From positions 128,001 through 192,000 of the forward strand of contig JAVRCV020000015.1 in NCBI GenBank assembly GCA_034530615.2: a stretch of 64,000 nucleotides of DNA, read 5' to 3'. Numbering within the stretch: position 1 is the stretch's first letter; each line of letters opens with the position of its first letter. Of the stretch, positions 54,394-64,000 are shown in pieces. The position numbers were made by a program, and so were the translations under genes. The DNA is from Aulosira sp. ZfuVER01 (GTDB taxonomy: Bacteria; Cyanobacteriota; Cyanobacteriia; Cyanobacteriales; Nostocaceae). Under the pieces are notes generated by a model. That model made no database searches. It was not told the origin of the DNA and saw nothing but the letters and a program-made list of their open reading frames with translations.

Positions 54394-54780
54394 CTAGTTT
54401 ATTTCCGCCTCCAGAGGAATCAGGACGCATCCGTTAATCTTCCAGGTGGTATCAGGCTGCTTTTCCATTAAATACAATGCTCTGACAGGAACTCCATCAG
54501 GCCCAAGCAGCAATACTAGTTGAGTAGTCTTGCTGTGGATGGTTGTGATTTTCTCAAAGAATACAGAACGAGGACGATACACGGCGGGATAACCGAGTCG
54601 CACCATTTGGATAAAGTTTTCTGGGTTGCGAAATTGTATTTGGATTTCCGGGCTGGCAAGGGCAAAAGCAGCTGCGGTATCATCCTTTTGAAAGGCTTCT
54701 AATTGACTTTCGATGACATAACGTATAGCGATGGCATCGCTATCAGTAATTTTCATAAATCTAAAATTGCGATCGCTCAA
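54394..54780 (-). CDS. DUF4864-like protein
   Basis: VIESQLEAF..DD..AAFALASP, MVRLGYP, WKINGC. Confidence 0.75.
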   Translation of the reverse strand: MSDRNFRFMKITDSDAIAIRYVIESQLEAFQKDDTAAAFALASPEIQIQFRNPENFIQMVRLGYPAVYRPRSVFFEKITTIHSKTTQLVLLLGPDGVPVRALYLMEKQPDTTWKINGCVLIPLEAEIN

Positions 54781-55844
54781 TTATCGCGCTGAGTCGGCCT
54801 TAATTCTATCTGCTCTAGTGCTGCCCGCCAAACGTCATACCCATCTGGCGATAGATGTAACCCATCTGTGGTTAACTCTGGACGCAAATTCCCTTGAAAA
54901 TCTGTAAACCACCTATAAATATTTATATAAGTAACTTTTTCTTGTTTGGCAATTAGTTCAAGTTGTGTGTTGAGATTACGAATGCGCTGGTTAGAAATGG
55001 TTGGCAGGCGAGCAGGTAATATTGATTGGACAATTATCTGAGACTTGGGGTGAGCCTGCCGTAGGCTGCGCATAATCCGGCGATGATTGCGCAAAATTAC
55101 TTGATCGCTAGTATTCTTGCGGATATCGTTAATCCCAGCCATAACATATATCGCATCGGGTTGCGTTTCGGAAAATGCTCCCAATCTTTTTAAGACACCA
55201 CTAGAGGTATCTCCAGATATTCCCTGATTTAACCACAATTTGCCAGCAGGCAGTTTTTCTTTAGGAAACCACATGCTCAAAGAATCACCTACTAAAACAC
55301 TTAGATGATTTGCGCCTTTACCTTGAGCGATCGCTTTGGCTTCCAAAGCTAATAAACGTTTCCAATCTTCATAAGTTAGTTGGCGTTTGTTAGGTGAATC
55401 TGAAAATGATTCCAAGCTATCTTCATCTAGGCGTTTATTAATTTGGCCTGTTTTCAGCGCCGCTAATCTTTGGTAGTAAAGTTGACTATTTGAAGCCAGT
55501 ATCCGGTTAGCGCCTAGGGAGGTAGGATTACCTGATGACTCTACTGGTGCTGCTAAATCCTGATTAGTAAATTCTGGTAAAGCAGGCCCAAAGCTGGGAA
55601 TGAATTTCTCACCTACTATTGGCGGAGAACTATCTAAAGTTTGCAAAGCCTGACTAGTAAATTCTGGTAAGGAGACATCAACACTGGGGGTAGTTTTTTC
55701 ACCTCTTGTTGGCTGTGAACCCTGTCTTAAATCCCAATGAAATTTAGAATGTTCTGGCAGAATAATCGACATCTGTGGAAGAGCCGATGCTGGTATTGCC
55801 AATACTGTTAACAAGCCTGCTGCCAACAGATAAGGGTCCCTCAT
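54777..55844 (-). CDS. SGNH/GDSL-family hydrolase
   Basis: GDSL, NQGISGD, GIND, DGLH blocks. Confidence 0.9.
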   Translation of the reverse strand: MRDPYLLAAGLLTVLAIPASALPQMSIILPEHSKFHWDLRQGSQPTRGEKTTPSVDVSLPEFTSQALQTLDSSPPIVGEKFIPSFGPALPEFTNQDLAAPVESSGNPTSLGANRILASNSQLYYQRLAALKTGQINKRLDEDSLESFSDSPNKRQLTYEDWKRLLALEAKAIAQGKGANHLSVLVGDSLSMWFPKEKLPAGKLWLNQGISGDTSSGVLKRLGAFSETQPDAIYVMAGINDIRKNTSDQVILRNHRRIMRSLRQAHPKSQIIVQSILPARLPTISNQRIRNLNTQLELIAKQEKVTYINIYRWFTDFQGNLRPELTTDGLHLSPDGYDVWRAALEQIELRPTQRDN

Positions 55845-56389
55845 CGTTTTCTCTCTCCTATACTCATTGCTTTCTCTTATGACAGTGGTAACTGGTTAAA
55901 TTCAGGAAAATTTTACTTCGGTATAAGTTCTTATTTTGATTTACTAGGTCTATGTCTGTAAAGCAGGTTCACGGGGTTAAATTTCACAATTTACAATCTC
56001 TTTAAACCGAACTTTTACGGATCTTCAGCCAATTCTACCTGTTGAAATACTTTCAATACAAACATAGATTTTACTGACCCTAACGCTTTTCGTGATTAAA
56101 TTTAGGTGCTTACTGCTCTCTTAGCTTTATAGGAAAGTCAAAAACGGGCATTATATATGTCTTTTATTACACTAATATCCACTGTAATTACACTATATGC
56201 AATTCGTAAATGGTTTTTGATTTTCTCATCAAGATGGCTGTTAGCTTTAATGTTGTTAGCATGGTAGATATCTAATTAACTTTAAGCTCGCTAATTTAGG
56301 GAATTTTACTGATTGCCTTGATTTTGCTAGAGCAAGAGGCTATCAATTTTAATTTTCTCATATAAAATTGGGTGATGCTAACGCATCAT

Positions 56390-56611
56390 ATGTCAAATAT
56401 GGGATTAATCAGATTAAAGATTCGAGAACTAGCACAAGAGAAAGGATGGACACTAAAAGAGGTTTCCGATCGCTCTGGCGTGATTTACAGTACAGTGAGA
56501 AGCTATGCTCGCCGTTCTGGAATGACAACAGTAGATTTTACAGCTATCCACAAATTGGCTCGGACATTTGATGTGATGATTGAAGACTTAGTGGAAATTA
56601 TAGAGGAATAG
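56390..56611 (+). CDS. XRE/Cro-like HTH protein
   Basis: LKIRELAQEKGWTLKEVSDRSGV...KLARTFDV.IEDL. Confidence 0.85.
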   Translation: MSNMGLIRLKIRELAQEKGWTLKEVSDRSGVIYSTVRSYARRSGMTTVDFTAIHKLARTFDVMIEDLVEIIEE

Positions 56612-56810
56612 CTCATTTTCAGAAGATTCTAACCTGAGGAATAGGAAATTTAGCTTTTTTTCTGCTAACAGTATTGTGCAAACATTGCTATTAATGCTTA
56701 GATGTAAAATCTGTATTTAATCAATTTAAATTGATGACTATAGTTATATAGAAGAACCCCATTATAAATGCTAAGATTTAGGCGAAGTCATTAATATTTA
56801 CTATTATTTC

Positions 56811-57005
56811 GTGGCAAGAGCTAGTACTGCGATCGGTGTCAGTCCAATTATTAAGGAGATTGTGCAAAAACAGGCACATTCGACACGTTTGACTCTGAAA
56901 GAGGTGATACTTATGGGGATGTTAGCAATTGATAAACTCGACGATCAAAGTCGTCAAGAGCTAGCAGACGAAGTCCATAAAATGCAGGTGAATGGTGAAA
57001 TCTAA
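56811..57005 (+). CDS. Small hypothetical protein
   Basis: 64-aa GTG-start ORF with protein-like composition in an AT-rich context. Confidence 0.6.
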   Translation: MARASTAIGVSPIIKEIVQKQAHSTRLTLKEVILMGMLAIDKLDDQSRQELADEVHKMQVNGEI

Positions 57006-57137
57006 ATCTGCTTTTTGGATTCTAAAATTAAAAGTTCAAAGCGAACATTTTAATTATTCAAAAAGTTATCACGTGATAGTTATCAAAGTTTGAATTAGAA
57101 TGTTATACCTCAGAATAGGTATCGTTGTTTGAGGTAA

Positions 57138-57253
57138 TATAGCGTTTCCTAATCTACTGAAGTACAAATTTATCTGCGTTTATCTGCGTCCATCTTCTTT
57201 TATCGGCAGTTAATTCTTTCTTGCTGTACCTTACTAGTGTGAGAATTGCTATA
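57138..57253. mobile_element. MITE-like element with imperfect TATAGC...GTACA terminal inverted repeats
   Basis: tatagcgtttcctaatctactgaagtaca vs reverse complement of the right end, tatagcaattctcacactagtaaggtaca. Confidence 0.55.
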
Positions 57254-57293
57254 AACTCTGAGTTCAAATATAAAACTGGTCACAGTTTGTTGA

Positions 57294-58199
57294 TTATTGG
57301 CTAAAACGATAACGACTGCCCATAACATAATCCTCATCGATTTCAAAAGCTATCCATTGACGTTGCAAAGTCTCAGCAACAAACCCAGTAGTATTAGATC
57401 CTGCAAATGGATCTAATACTACATCACCTGCATCAGTCAAAAATTTAATAAAGAACTCCGCGAAAGCTTGAGGAAAACGTGCTGGATGGGACTTGATTCC
57501 TGCTGCTTTACAGCGACGCAAATAAGCACTATTTGATTCAGTATTGGCAATTTCTAGTAAGTTCGGTGGAATTGCACCTTGGTTATCCTTTTGGAATTTA
57601 TCAGAAATATCATGTCCGCTAGGACGAATTTTGGCTTGATAGCCATTTTTGAGTAATTGTTTCATACTCTGGCTATATGGCTTTAAAACTTTTCTATTAT
57701 CTGCTTTAGGATTGGGTGTTTTCGATAACCACCAAACCATATTTACTGAATCTTTGACACGAATTCGCCTAATTGTCACCCACTCAGCAGGGGTAGGTAA
57801 TCTTGCCGGATTATAGTGATAAAATTCTTGCGCAAGAAAAAAGCCGACTTCTTTGCACAATCTTACTAAGAGTTCGTATTGGTAGATACTTCGCACAGGA
57901 TTCCCAGGAAGATAAGCACCACCTAAATCTAAAATAAATGAGCCATTATCAGCCAGTACTCGTTTAAATTCGTATGCGAAAGGTAGAAACCATTCTATAT
58001 ATTTTTCTGCGTTTTCGTTACCATATTCTTTTTTGCGTGTAAGCGCAAATGGAGGCGAAGTCAGAATTAAATTAATAGTGTTGTCGTCAATAAATTTGAG
58101 CAGTTGTAGACTATCACCTAAATATATTGCTCCGTTATTTTGGGTGTAATAAGGAATAAAGATACTCTGTTCGTGTGTTTTTTGAGTTTTTGGTGTCAA
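57294..58199 (-). CDS. Orphan beta-class amino DNA methyltransferase (PvuII-like, probably N4-cytosine)
   Basis: TSPPF catalytic motif precedes HPARFP and DPFAGSNTTG SAM motif; no adjacent endonuclease. Confidence 0.88.
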   Translation of the reverse strand: MTPKTQKTHEQSIFIPYYTQNNGAIYLGDSLQLLKFIDDNTINLILTSPPFALTRKKEYGNENAEKYIEWFLPFAYEFKRVLADNGSFILDLGGAYLPGNPVRSIYQYELLVRLCKEVGFFLAQEFYHYNPARLPTPAEWVTIRRIRVKDSVNMVWWLSKTPNPKADNRKVLKPYSQSMKQLLKNGYQAKIRPSGHDISDKFQKDNQGAIPPNLLEIANTESNSAYLRRCKAAGIKSHPARFPQAFAEFFIKFLTDAGDVVLDPFAGSNTTGFVAETLQRQWIAFEIDEDYVMGSRYRFSQ

Positions 58200-58296
58200 G
58201 AGTAGCTAATTTTTTACTTAAAAGTCTTCAGTTAAATAAAATAATATTTGCTGGCATCAGGATAGGGGTAAGCCCATCCCATGCAGTACTGAAAGC

Positions 58297-58737
58297 CTAC
58301 CATTTTTTGTAGGGAAGAAATTTTCCAGACATAGTAATTTTCACGCGATCGCCTTTAGGATCTTCTTCTTTTTCGATATCCAAGGTAAAGTCAATTGCAC
58401 TCATAATCCCGTCGCCAAACTTTTCCTGAATGACATCTTTAATCGGGAAACCGTATACCTGCATAATCTCGTAAAAACGGTAAATTAGAGGATCGGTTGG
58501 AACGACTGGGCCTAATCCTTTTAAAGGGTATGATGTGAGTTCGGGAATATAGCTAGTATCCAAGCCCAAAGCTTCAATTAGTAACTTAGCCTCATCTTCA
58601 GAAGCACTAGCTTGACGATAAAATACCGCAGCAATCCAGACTTCATCGCGTCCGAGAATTTTTTCTAAATCAGCAAAGCTCAGACCTTTGTCTTCCTTGG
58701 CTGCTAATAAGGCTTGCGTAATTTTGGGAATTGACAT
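58297..58737 (-). CDS. cynS: Cyanase
   Basis: [30 protein letters not shown]. Confidence 0.96.
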   Translation of the reverse strand: MSIPKITQALLAAKEDKGLSFADLEKILGRDEVWIAAVFYRQASASEDEAKLLIEALGLDTSYIPELTSYPLKGLGPVVPTDPLIYRFYEIMQVYGFPIKDVIQEKFGDGIMSAIDFTLDIEKEEDPKGDRVKITMSGKFLPYKKW

Positions 58738-58805
58738 CTGATAAGTTCTTTAAGGAATTAATTTTGTAAGCAAAAATTTTATCACGATTATCGGAAATAG
58801 GCGAT

Positions 58806-58832
58806 GTCTCACGACAAGTCGCTACGCGTCTA
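58806..58832. mobile_element. 27-nt SDR-like insertion within a HIP1 site
   Basis: GCGAT[gtctcacgacaagtcgctacgcgtcta]CGC. Confidence 0.65.
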
Positions 58833-58848
58833 CGCTTATTCGTTGAGA

Positions 58849-59196
58849 TTATGTCAGTTGAAAAGTTTGAATCATTAATGTATCCAATTGCTGAAGCTGA
58901 TTAGCTCCTAATTTACCTATCCGCCTGGTAATTAATCTTCGCTCAATTGTAACAATCCGAGAAACTCGAACTTTAGAAATAACTTTTAATCCTGTATTAG
59001 CAAACTCGGTATCTGAAGGGTCTAAAATAAATTCTTCGTTAGTCAAATTAGTGACATTTTGAGAAGAAATAAAACACAGAGTTATATCATTTCCTGTATT
59101 ATCAACCCATAAAATCAACCCAGGACGCAACTTTGTTCCTGTTAAATCTGTAAACGGTAATGGAACCAAGACAATATCTCCCTTTTTTAAAGGCAT
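58849..59196 (-). CDS. PemK/MazF-family toxin
   Basis: KGDIVLVPLPFTD...KLRPGLIL, GL...S. Confidence 0.88.
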   Translation of the reverse strand: MPLKKGDIVLVPLPFTDLTGTKLRPGLILWVDNTGNDITLCFISSQNVTNLTNEEFILDPSDTEFANTGLKVISKVRVSRIVTIERRLITRRIGKLGANQLQQLDTLMIQTFQLT

Positions 59197-59402
59197 TAAA
59201 TAGCCTCCCCATCTTCCAGGGTATATAAATCTGGTTCATCATATAAAAAATTAAATGCTTTATTTATCTGTGCAAATTCCATAATGTCATGTGTAGATGG
59301 ATAGGAAGAATCAAAAAATAGCTTTTCTTCCAAAAGTGATCGTTCTTCTTCAGATAGAGACAAGATAACGTGTATTAGAGATTCTACGAGTTTAATGTTC
59401 AT
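59196..59402 (-). CDS. Putative antitoxin
   Basis: Small acidic ORF whose stop overlaps the toxin ATG (TAATG); C-terminal FNFLYDEPDLYT. Confidence 0.7.
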   Translation of the reverse strand: MNIKLVESLIHVILSLSEEERSLLEEKLFFDSSYPSTHDIMEFAQINKAFNFLYDEPDLYTLEDGEAI

Positions 59403-59543
59403 TATTAATAAATATTCAAGCGAGGTATCCCATTTACCTATAGGAAGTATAGCCATTCATTGAGGTAATTTTTTTTCATGAAAATCACCTAAGCTATAGA
59501 GTTCCCAAAAAAATAGAAAAAGTAACCACAAGTAAAAGTATAA

Positions 59544-59574
59544 AAAATCCCCCAACCTTGCGGCGGGGGATTTT
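59544..59574 (-). terminator. Rho-independent terminator of psaAB
   Basis: aaaatccccc...gggggatttt hairpin with T run on the minus strand. Confidence 0.75.
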
Positions 59575-59604
59575 GGTTAATTACCTACAAAACTCGCAAC
59601 CGGA

Positions 59605-61830
59605 TCAACCGAACTTACCAGCCGTCGAGGCAATTAGGAATGCTGCGTAGGTTAGAACATAGCCCACAGCGAAGTGAGTTAGACCAACTAAACGAGCTTG
59701 AACAATGGACAGAGCAACGGGCTTATCTTTCCAGCGAACCAAGTTAGCTAGAGGAGTGCGCTCGTGTGCCCAAACAAGGGTTTCAATCAACTCTTGCCAG
59801 TAACCTCTCCAAGAGATGAGGAACATGAAGCCTGTTGCCCAAACTAGGTGTCCGAACAGGAACATCCAAGCCCAAACAGACAAGTTATTCACGCCGTAGG
59901 GGTTGTATCCGTTAATCAACTGAGCAGAGTTAGCCCAGAGGTAATCACGGAACCAGCCCATGAGGTAGGTGGAGTTTTCGTTGAACTGAGCAACGTTACC
60001 TTGCCAAATACCCAGGTGTTTCCAGTGCCAGTAGAAGGTTAACCAACCTACTGTGTTTAACGCCCAGAACAGAGCTAGATAGAAAGCGTCCCAAGCAGAG
60101 ATGTCGCAAGTACCGCCACGACCAGGACCATCGCAAGGGAATGCATAACCGAAGTCCTTTTTATCGGGCATCAGCTTGGAACCACGGGCATCCAAAGCAC
60201 CCTTAACGAGAATCAAAGTGGTGGTGTGCAGACCCAAAGCTATCGCATGGTGTACCAAGAAGTCGCCAGGGCCAATTGTTAAGAAGAGGGAATTAGTGCC
60301 AGAGTTAATGGCATCCAGCCAGCCACTCAACCATACGTTACCGTAGTTGGGGTAGGCTGTGTAAGCTACGCTATCGGGGTTAGAAAGTAGAGTATCTAAG
60401 CCGTAGAGTACCTTACCGTGAGCAGCTTGAATGAACTGAGCAAATACTGGCTCAATCAAGATTTGCTTTTCAGGAGTACCGAAAGCAACTACTACGTCGT
60501 TGTGAACGTATAAGCCTAGGGTGTGGAAACCTAAGAAGAGAGATACCCAACTGAGGTGGGAGATAATCGCTTCTTTGTGCTTCAGAACACGGTCTAGTAC
60601 GTTGTCTTTGTTTTGTTCGGGGTCGTAGTCACGAACCCAGAAGATAGCGCCGTGGGCGAAAGCGCCAACCATCAAGAAGATGGCGATGTATTGGTGGTGG
60701 GTGTACAGAGCTGCCTGAGTTGTATAGTCCTTAGCGATAAACGCATAGGAAGGCATGGAGTACATGTGCTGTGCCACCAAAGAGGTGACAACACCCAAGC
60801 AAGCTAGGTGCCAACCCAATTGGAAGTGAAGAGAGTTGTTGTAGGTGTCATATATACCTTGGTGAGGCATATTGAACGGACCTTCAACAGGTTTGCCAAA
60901 GAAAGTTTTGGCATTCATCATCTCTTTGATGCTGTGACCAATACCAAAATTGGTACGGTACATATGACCAGCGACGATGAATAATACAGCGATCGCCAAG
61001 TGGTGGTGAGCAATGTCAGTCAGCCACAAAGCTTCTGTTTGGGGATGGAAACCACCTAAGAAAGTCAGGATTGCAGTACCTGCACCTTGGGATGTACCGA
61101 ACACATGACCTGCTGTGTCAGGGTTTTGAGCGTAAACTCCCCAGTTACCGGTAAAGAATGGTGTCAAACCTGCTGGGTGAGGTGCGGTACTTAAAAAGTT
61201 GTCCCAACCTACGTGCTGTCCGCGAGCTTCGGGGATAGCAACGTGAATTAAGTGACCAGCCCAAGCCAGAGAGCTAACGCCAAACAAACCTGCCAAGTGG
61301 TGGTTTAGGCGAGATTCAGCACTCTTAAACCAAGCCAGGCTAGGACGATACTTGGGTTGTAAGTGCAACCAACCAGCAAACAGTAACACTGCTGCAAACA
61401 GTAGGAGGAAAACGGAACCGGTGTACAGTTCGCTGTTTGTCCGCATACCTATGGTGTACCACCAGTGGTAAACACCAGAGTAAGCAATGTTTACAGGACC
61501 GTTAGCGCCAGCTTGGGTAAAAGCTTCGATCGCTGGTTTACCAAAGTGGGGGTCCCAAATCGCATGAGCAATTGGGCGGATGTGGATGGGATCTTTAATC
61601 CACTGTTCAAAGTTACCTTGCCAGGCTACGTGGAACAGGAGGCTGGATGCCCACAGGAATATGATTGCCAAGTGACCGAAGTGAGTGGCGAAAATCTTTT
61701 GGTAAAGATTTTCTTCCGTCATGCCATCATGGCTTTCAAAGTCGTTGCCTGTAGCGATCGCATACCATATCCGACGAGTAGTCGGGTCCTGTGCGAGATC
61801 CTGGCTAAATTTTGGAAATTTTGTTGCCAT
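59605..61830 (-). CDS. psaB: Photosystem I core protein PsaB
   Basis: [36 protein letters not shown] motif. Confidence 0.99.
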   Translation of the reverse strand: MATKFPKFSQDLAQDPTTRRIWYAIATGNDFESHDGMTEENLYQKIFATHFGHLAIIFLWASSLLFHVAWQGNFEQWIKDPIHIRPIAHAIWDPHFGKPAIEAFTQAGANGPVNIAYSGVYHWWYTIGMRTNSELYTGSVFLLLFAAVLLFAGWLHLQPKYRPSLAWFKSAESRLNHHLAGLFGVSSLAWAGHLIHVAIPEARGQHVGWDNFLSTAPHPAGLTPFFTGNWGVYAQNPDTAGHVFGTSQGAGTAILTFLGGFHPQTEALWLTDIAHHHLAIAVLFIVAGHMYRTNFGIGHSIKEMMNAKTFFGKPVEGPFNMPHQGIYDTYNNSLHFQLGWHLACLGVVTSLVAQHMYSMPSYAFIAKDYTTQAALYTHHQYIAIFLMVGAFAHGAIFWVRDYDPEQNKDNVLDRVLKHKEAIISHLSWVSLFLGFHTLGLYVHNDVVVAFGTPEKQILIEPVFAQFIQAAHGKVLYGLDTLLSNPDSVAYTAYPNYGNVWLSGWLDAINSGTNSLFLTIGPGDFLVHHAIALGLHTTTLILVKGALDARGSKLMPDKKDFGYAFPCDGPGRGGTCDISAWDAFYLALFWALNTVGWLTFYWHWKHLGIWQGNVAQFNENSTYLMGWFRDYLWANSAQLINGYNPYGVNNLSVWAWMFLFGHLVWATGFMFLISWRGYWQELIETLVWAHERTPLANLVRWKDKPVALSIVQARLVGLTHFAVGYVLTYAAFLIASTAGKFG

Positions 61831-61952
61831 AGGTTTGATAATTCCTCTGACCTTTAGCCATCAGGTTTCAGCATTTAGAGTTCTGAGTCCTGAGTTTTGA
61901 GCTTTAACTAGGCACTCAGCACCCAGTACTCAGTACTCTATTTGGCTGATTG

Positions 61953-64000
61953 CTACCCTACTGAAAGGATGTGTGCGTGGAAGAATGCCCAGGTAGTAGC
62001 AATTCCTCCTAAGAGGTAGTGAGCTACACCTACTGCCCGACCTTGAGTGATGCTCAAAGCGCGAGGCTGAATTGATGGTGCTACCTTCAGTTTATTATGT
62101 GCCCAAACTATGGACTCAATCAGTTCTTGCCAGTAGCCACGACCACTGAACAGGAACATTAAGCTGAATGCCCATACAAAGTGAGCGCCCAAGAACATGA
62201 GTCCGTAAGCAGACAGCGCACTTCCGTAGGAGTTGATTACTTGTGAAGCTTGTGCCCACAAGAAGTCACGCAACCAACCGTTGATTGTGATGGCACTTTG
62301 GGCAAAGTTACCACCAGTAATGTGAGTCACATTACCTGCCGCGTCTACAGTTCCCCAAACATCAGATTGCATCTTCCAGCTGAAGTGGAAAATTACAATA
62401 GACAGGGAGTTGTACATCCAGAATAATCCGAGGAACACATGATCCCAACCGGATACTTGGCAAGTACCGCCACGACCAGGACCGTCGCAGGGGAAACGGA
62501 AGCCTAAGTTTGCTTTGTCTGGAATCAGACGAGAACTACGCGCAAACAGTACACCCTTAAGCAGGATGAGAACGGTTACGTGAATGGTAAAGGCATGAAT
62601 GTGGTGAATTAAGAAGTCTGCTGTACCCAAAGCAATAGGTGCAGCTGCTACTTTACCGCCTACAGCCAAAATACCGCCGCCAAAGACATAGCTAACCGGT
62701 TCTAAGGCATTGGGTGCAGTTGAACCAGGAGCTAAGGCATGGATATTTTGTACCCATTGCGCAAAAACTGGCTGTAACTGAATTGCCGTATCGGAGAACA
62801 TATCTTGGGGACGACCCAATGCACGCATTGTGTCGTTGTGGATGTAAAGTCCAAAGCTATGGAAGCCGAGGAAAATACAAACCCAGTTTAAGTGAGAGAT
62901 AATCGCATCTCGGTGACGGATCACCCGATCCAGTACGTTGTTTTGGTTAACAACTGGATCGTAATCCCGAACCATGAAAATGGCAGCGTGAGCAGCCCCA
63001 CCAACAATCAGGAAGCCACCGATCCACATATGGTGTGTAAAGATACACAACTGCGTAGCGTAGTCAGTTGCCAAATATGGATAGGGAGGCATCGCGTACA
63101 TGTGGTGCGCGATGATGATGGTTAAGGAACCCAAGAAAGCTAGGTTAGTACCTAATTGAGCGTGCCAAGATGTGGTCAGGTTTTCGTAAAGACCTTTGTG
63201 ACCTTCACCAGTGAAGGGGCCTTTATGATTTTCGAGGATCTCTTTAATGCTGTGACCGATACCCCAGTTGGTGCGGTATTGGTGACCTGCAATGATAAAC
63301 AGTACAGCGATCGCCAAGTGGTGATGGGAAATATCTGTCATCCACAAGCCGCCTGTTACTGGGTTGAGACCACCCTTAAAGGTGAGGAAGTCAGCGTACT
63401 GACCCCAGTTCAAGGTAAAGAAAGGTGCCAAACCACTAGCAAAGCTGGGATAAAGCTCGGTCAACAAGTCTTTGTTCAGGATGAACTCGTGGGGCAAGGG
63501 GATATCTTTAAGAGCTACCCCTGCATCCAACAGCTTGTTGGTCGGTGCGGACACGTGAATTAAGTGTCCAGCCCATCCCAAGGAACCACAACCCAGCAAT
63601 ACTTGCAGGTGGTGATTCAGCATTGACTCCACATTCTGGAACCATTCCAGTTTGGGAGCACGCTTGTGGTAATGGAACCAACCGGCAAACAGGAACAAGC
63701 CTGCTAATACCAAGCCGCCAATGGCAGTACAGTACAGTTGGAATGAGTTTGTAATACCCCAGCCACGCCATACTTGGAACAAGCCAGAGGTGATTTGAAT
63801 ACCGTGGAAGCCACCGCCAACATCACCATTTAAAATGTCTTGTCCGACTATGGGCCAAACGACTTGAGCACTAGGCTTTACGTTTAGAGGGTCGCTCAAC
63901 CAAGCTTCGTAGTTGGAAAACTTAGCGCCGTGGAATATCATCCCGCTCAGCCAAATCGTCACTACAGCTAAGTGGCCGAAGTGGGCTGCAAATATCTTGC
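61953..64000 (-). CDS. psaA: Photosystem I core protein PsaA (5' end outside the window)
   Basis: [25 protein letters not shown]; frame stays open to the window edge ([11 protein letters not shown]). Confidence 0.99.
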   Translation of the reverse strand, partial: KIFAAHFGHLAVVTIWLSGMIFHGAKFSNYEAWLSDPLNVKPSAQVVWPIVGQDILNGDVGGGFHGIQITSGLFQVWRGWGITNSFQLYCTAIGGLVLAGLFLFAGWFHYHKRAPKLEWFQNVESMLNHHLQVLLGCGSLGWAGHLIHVSAPTNKLLDAGVALKDIPLPHEFILNKDLLTELYPSFASGLAPFFTLNWGQYADFLTFKGGLNPVTGGLWMTDISHHHLAIAVLFIIAGHQYRTNWGIGHSIKEILENHKGPFTGEGHKGLYENLTTSWHAQLGTNLAFLGSLTIIIAHHMYAMPPYPYLATDYATQLCIFTHHMWIGGFLIVGGAAHAAIFMVRDYDPVVNQNNVLDRVIRHRDAIISHLNWVCIFLGFHSFGLYIHNDTMRALGRPQDMFSDTAIQLQPVFAQWVQNIHALAPGSTAPNALEPVSYVFGGGILAVGGKVAAAPIALGTADFLIHHIHAFTIHVTVLILLKGVLFARSSRLIPDKANLGFRFPCDGPGRGGTCQVSGWDHVFLGLFWMYNSLSIVIFHFSWKMQSDVWGTVDAAGNVTHITGGNFAQSAITINGWLRDFLWAQASQVINSYGSALSAYGLMFLGAHFVWAFSLMFLFSGRGYWQELIESIVWAHNKLKVAPSIQPRALSITQGRAVGVAHYLLGGIATTWAFFHAHILSVG

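Noticed and set aside
59605..64000. Far-red-light (FaRLiP) psaA/psaB paralogues
   Set aside because: The sequences look like ordinary Nostocales PsaA/PsaB and no rfp, apc or chlF cluster genes are adjacent in the window.

Overview
Chromosomal segment of a heterocyst-forming (Nostocales-like) cyanobacterium, judged from psaA/psaB, many HIP1 octamers (GCGATCGC) and heptamer STRR repeats. It carries mostly housekeeping and signalling genes (recQ, leuA, labA, pyrD, glmU, proA, mazG, larE, cynS, psaAB, tRNA-Val, several kinases) plus an arsenic cluster (arsR-pstS-acr3-arsC-arsI-arsH). The standout is 12431-14812 (minus strand): a Ro60/TROVE gene preceded, under one sigma70-like promoter, by four tandem ~126-nt tRNA-shaped RNAs. 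In each, the anticodon arm is replaced by a domain carrying a Y-RNA-like bulged-C helix (UUGCC/GGC-C-GA) capped by a GCAA tetraloop, i.e. Y RNAs circularly permuted into true tRNA topology. A fifth, isolated copy of that helix overlaps the Ro60 ribosome-binding site, suggesting translational autoregulation. Other points: a GluR0-like channel lacking the K+ filter, a frameshifted RTX protein, an in-frame 21-nt insertion in a HIP1 site, nested small repeats, MITE-like elements and an IS630-like remnant. All calls come from reading the sequence; no searches or folding programs were run.
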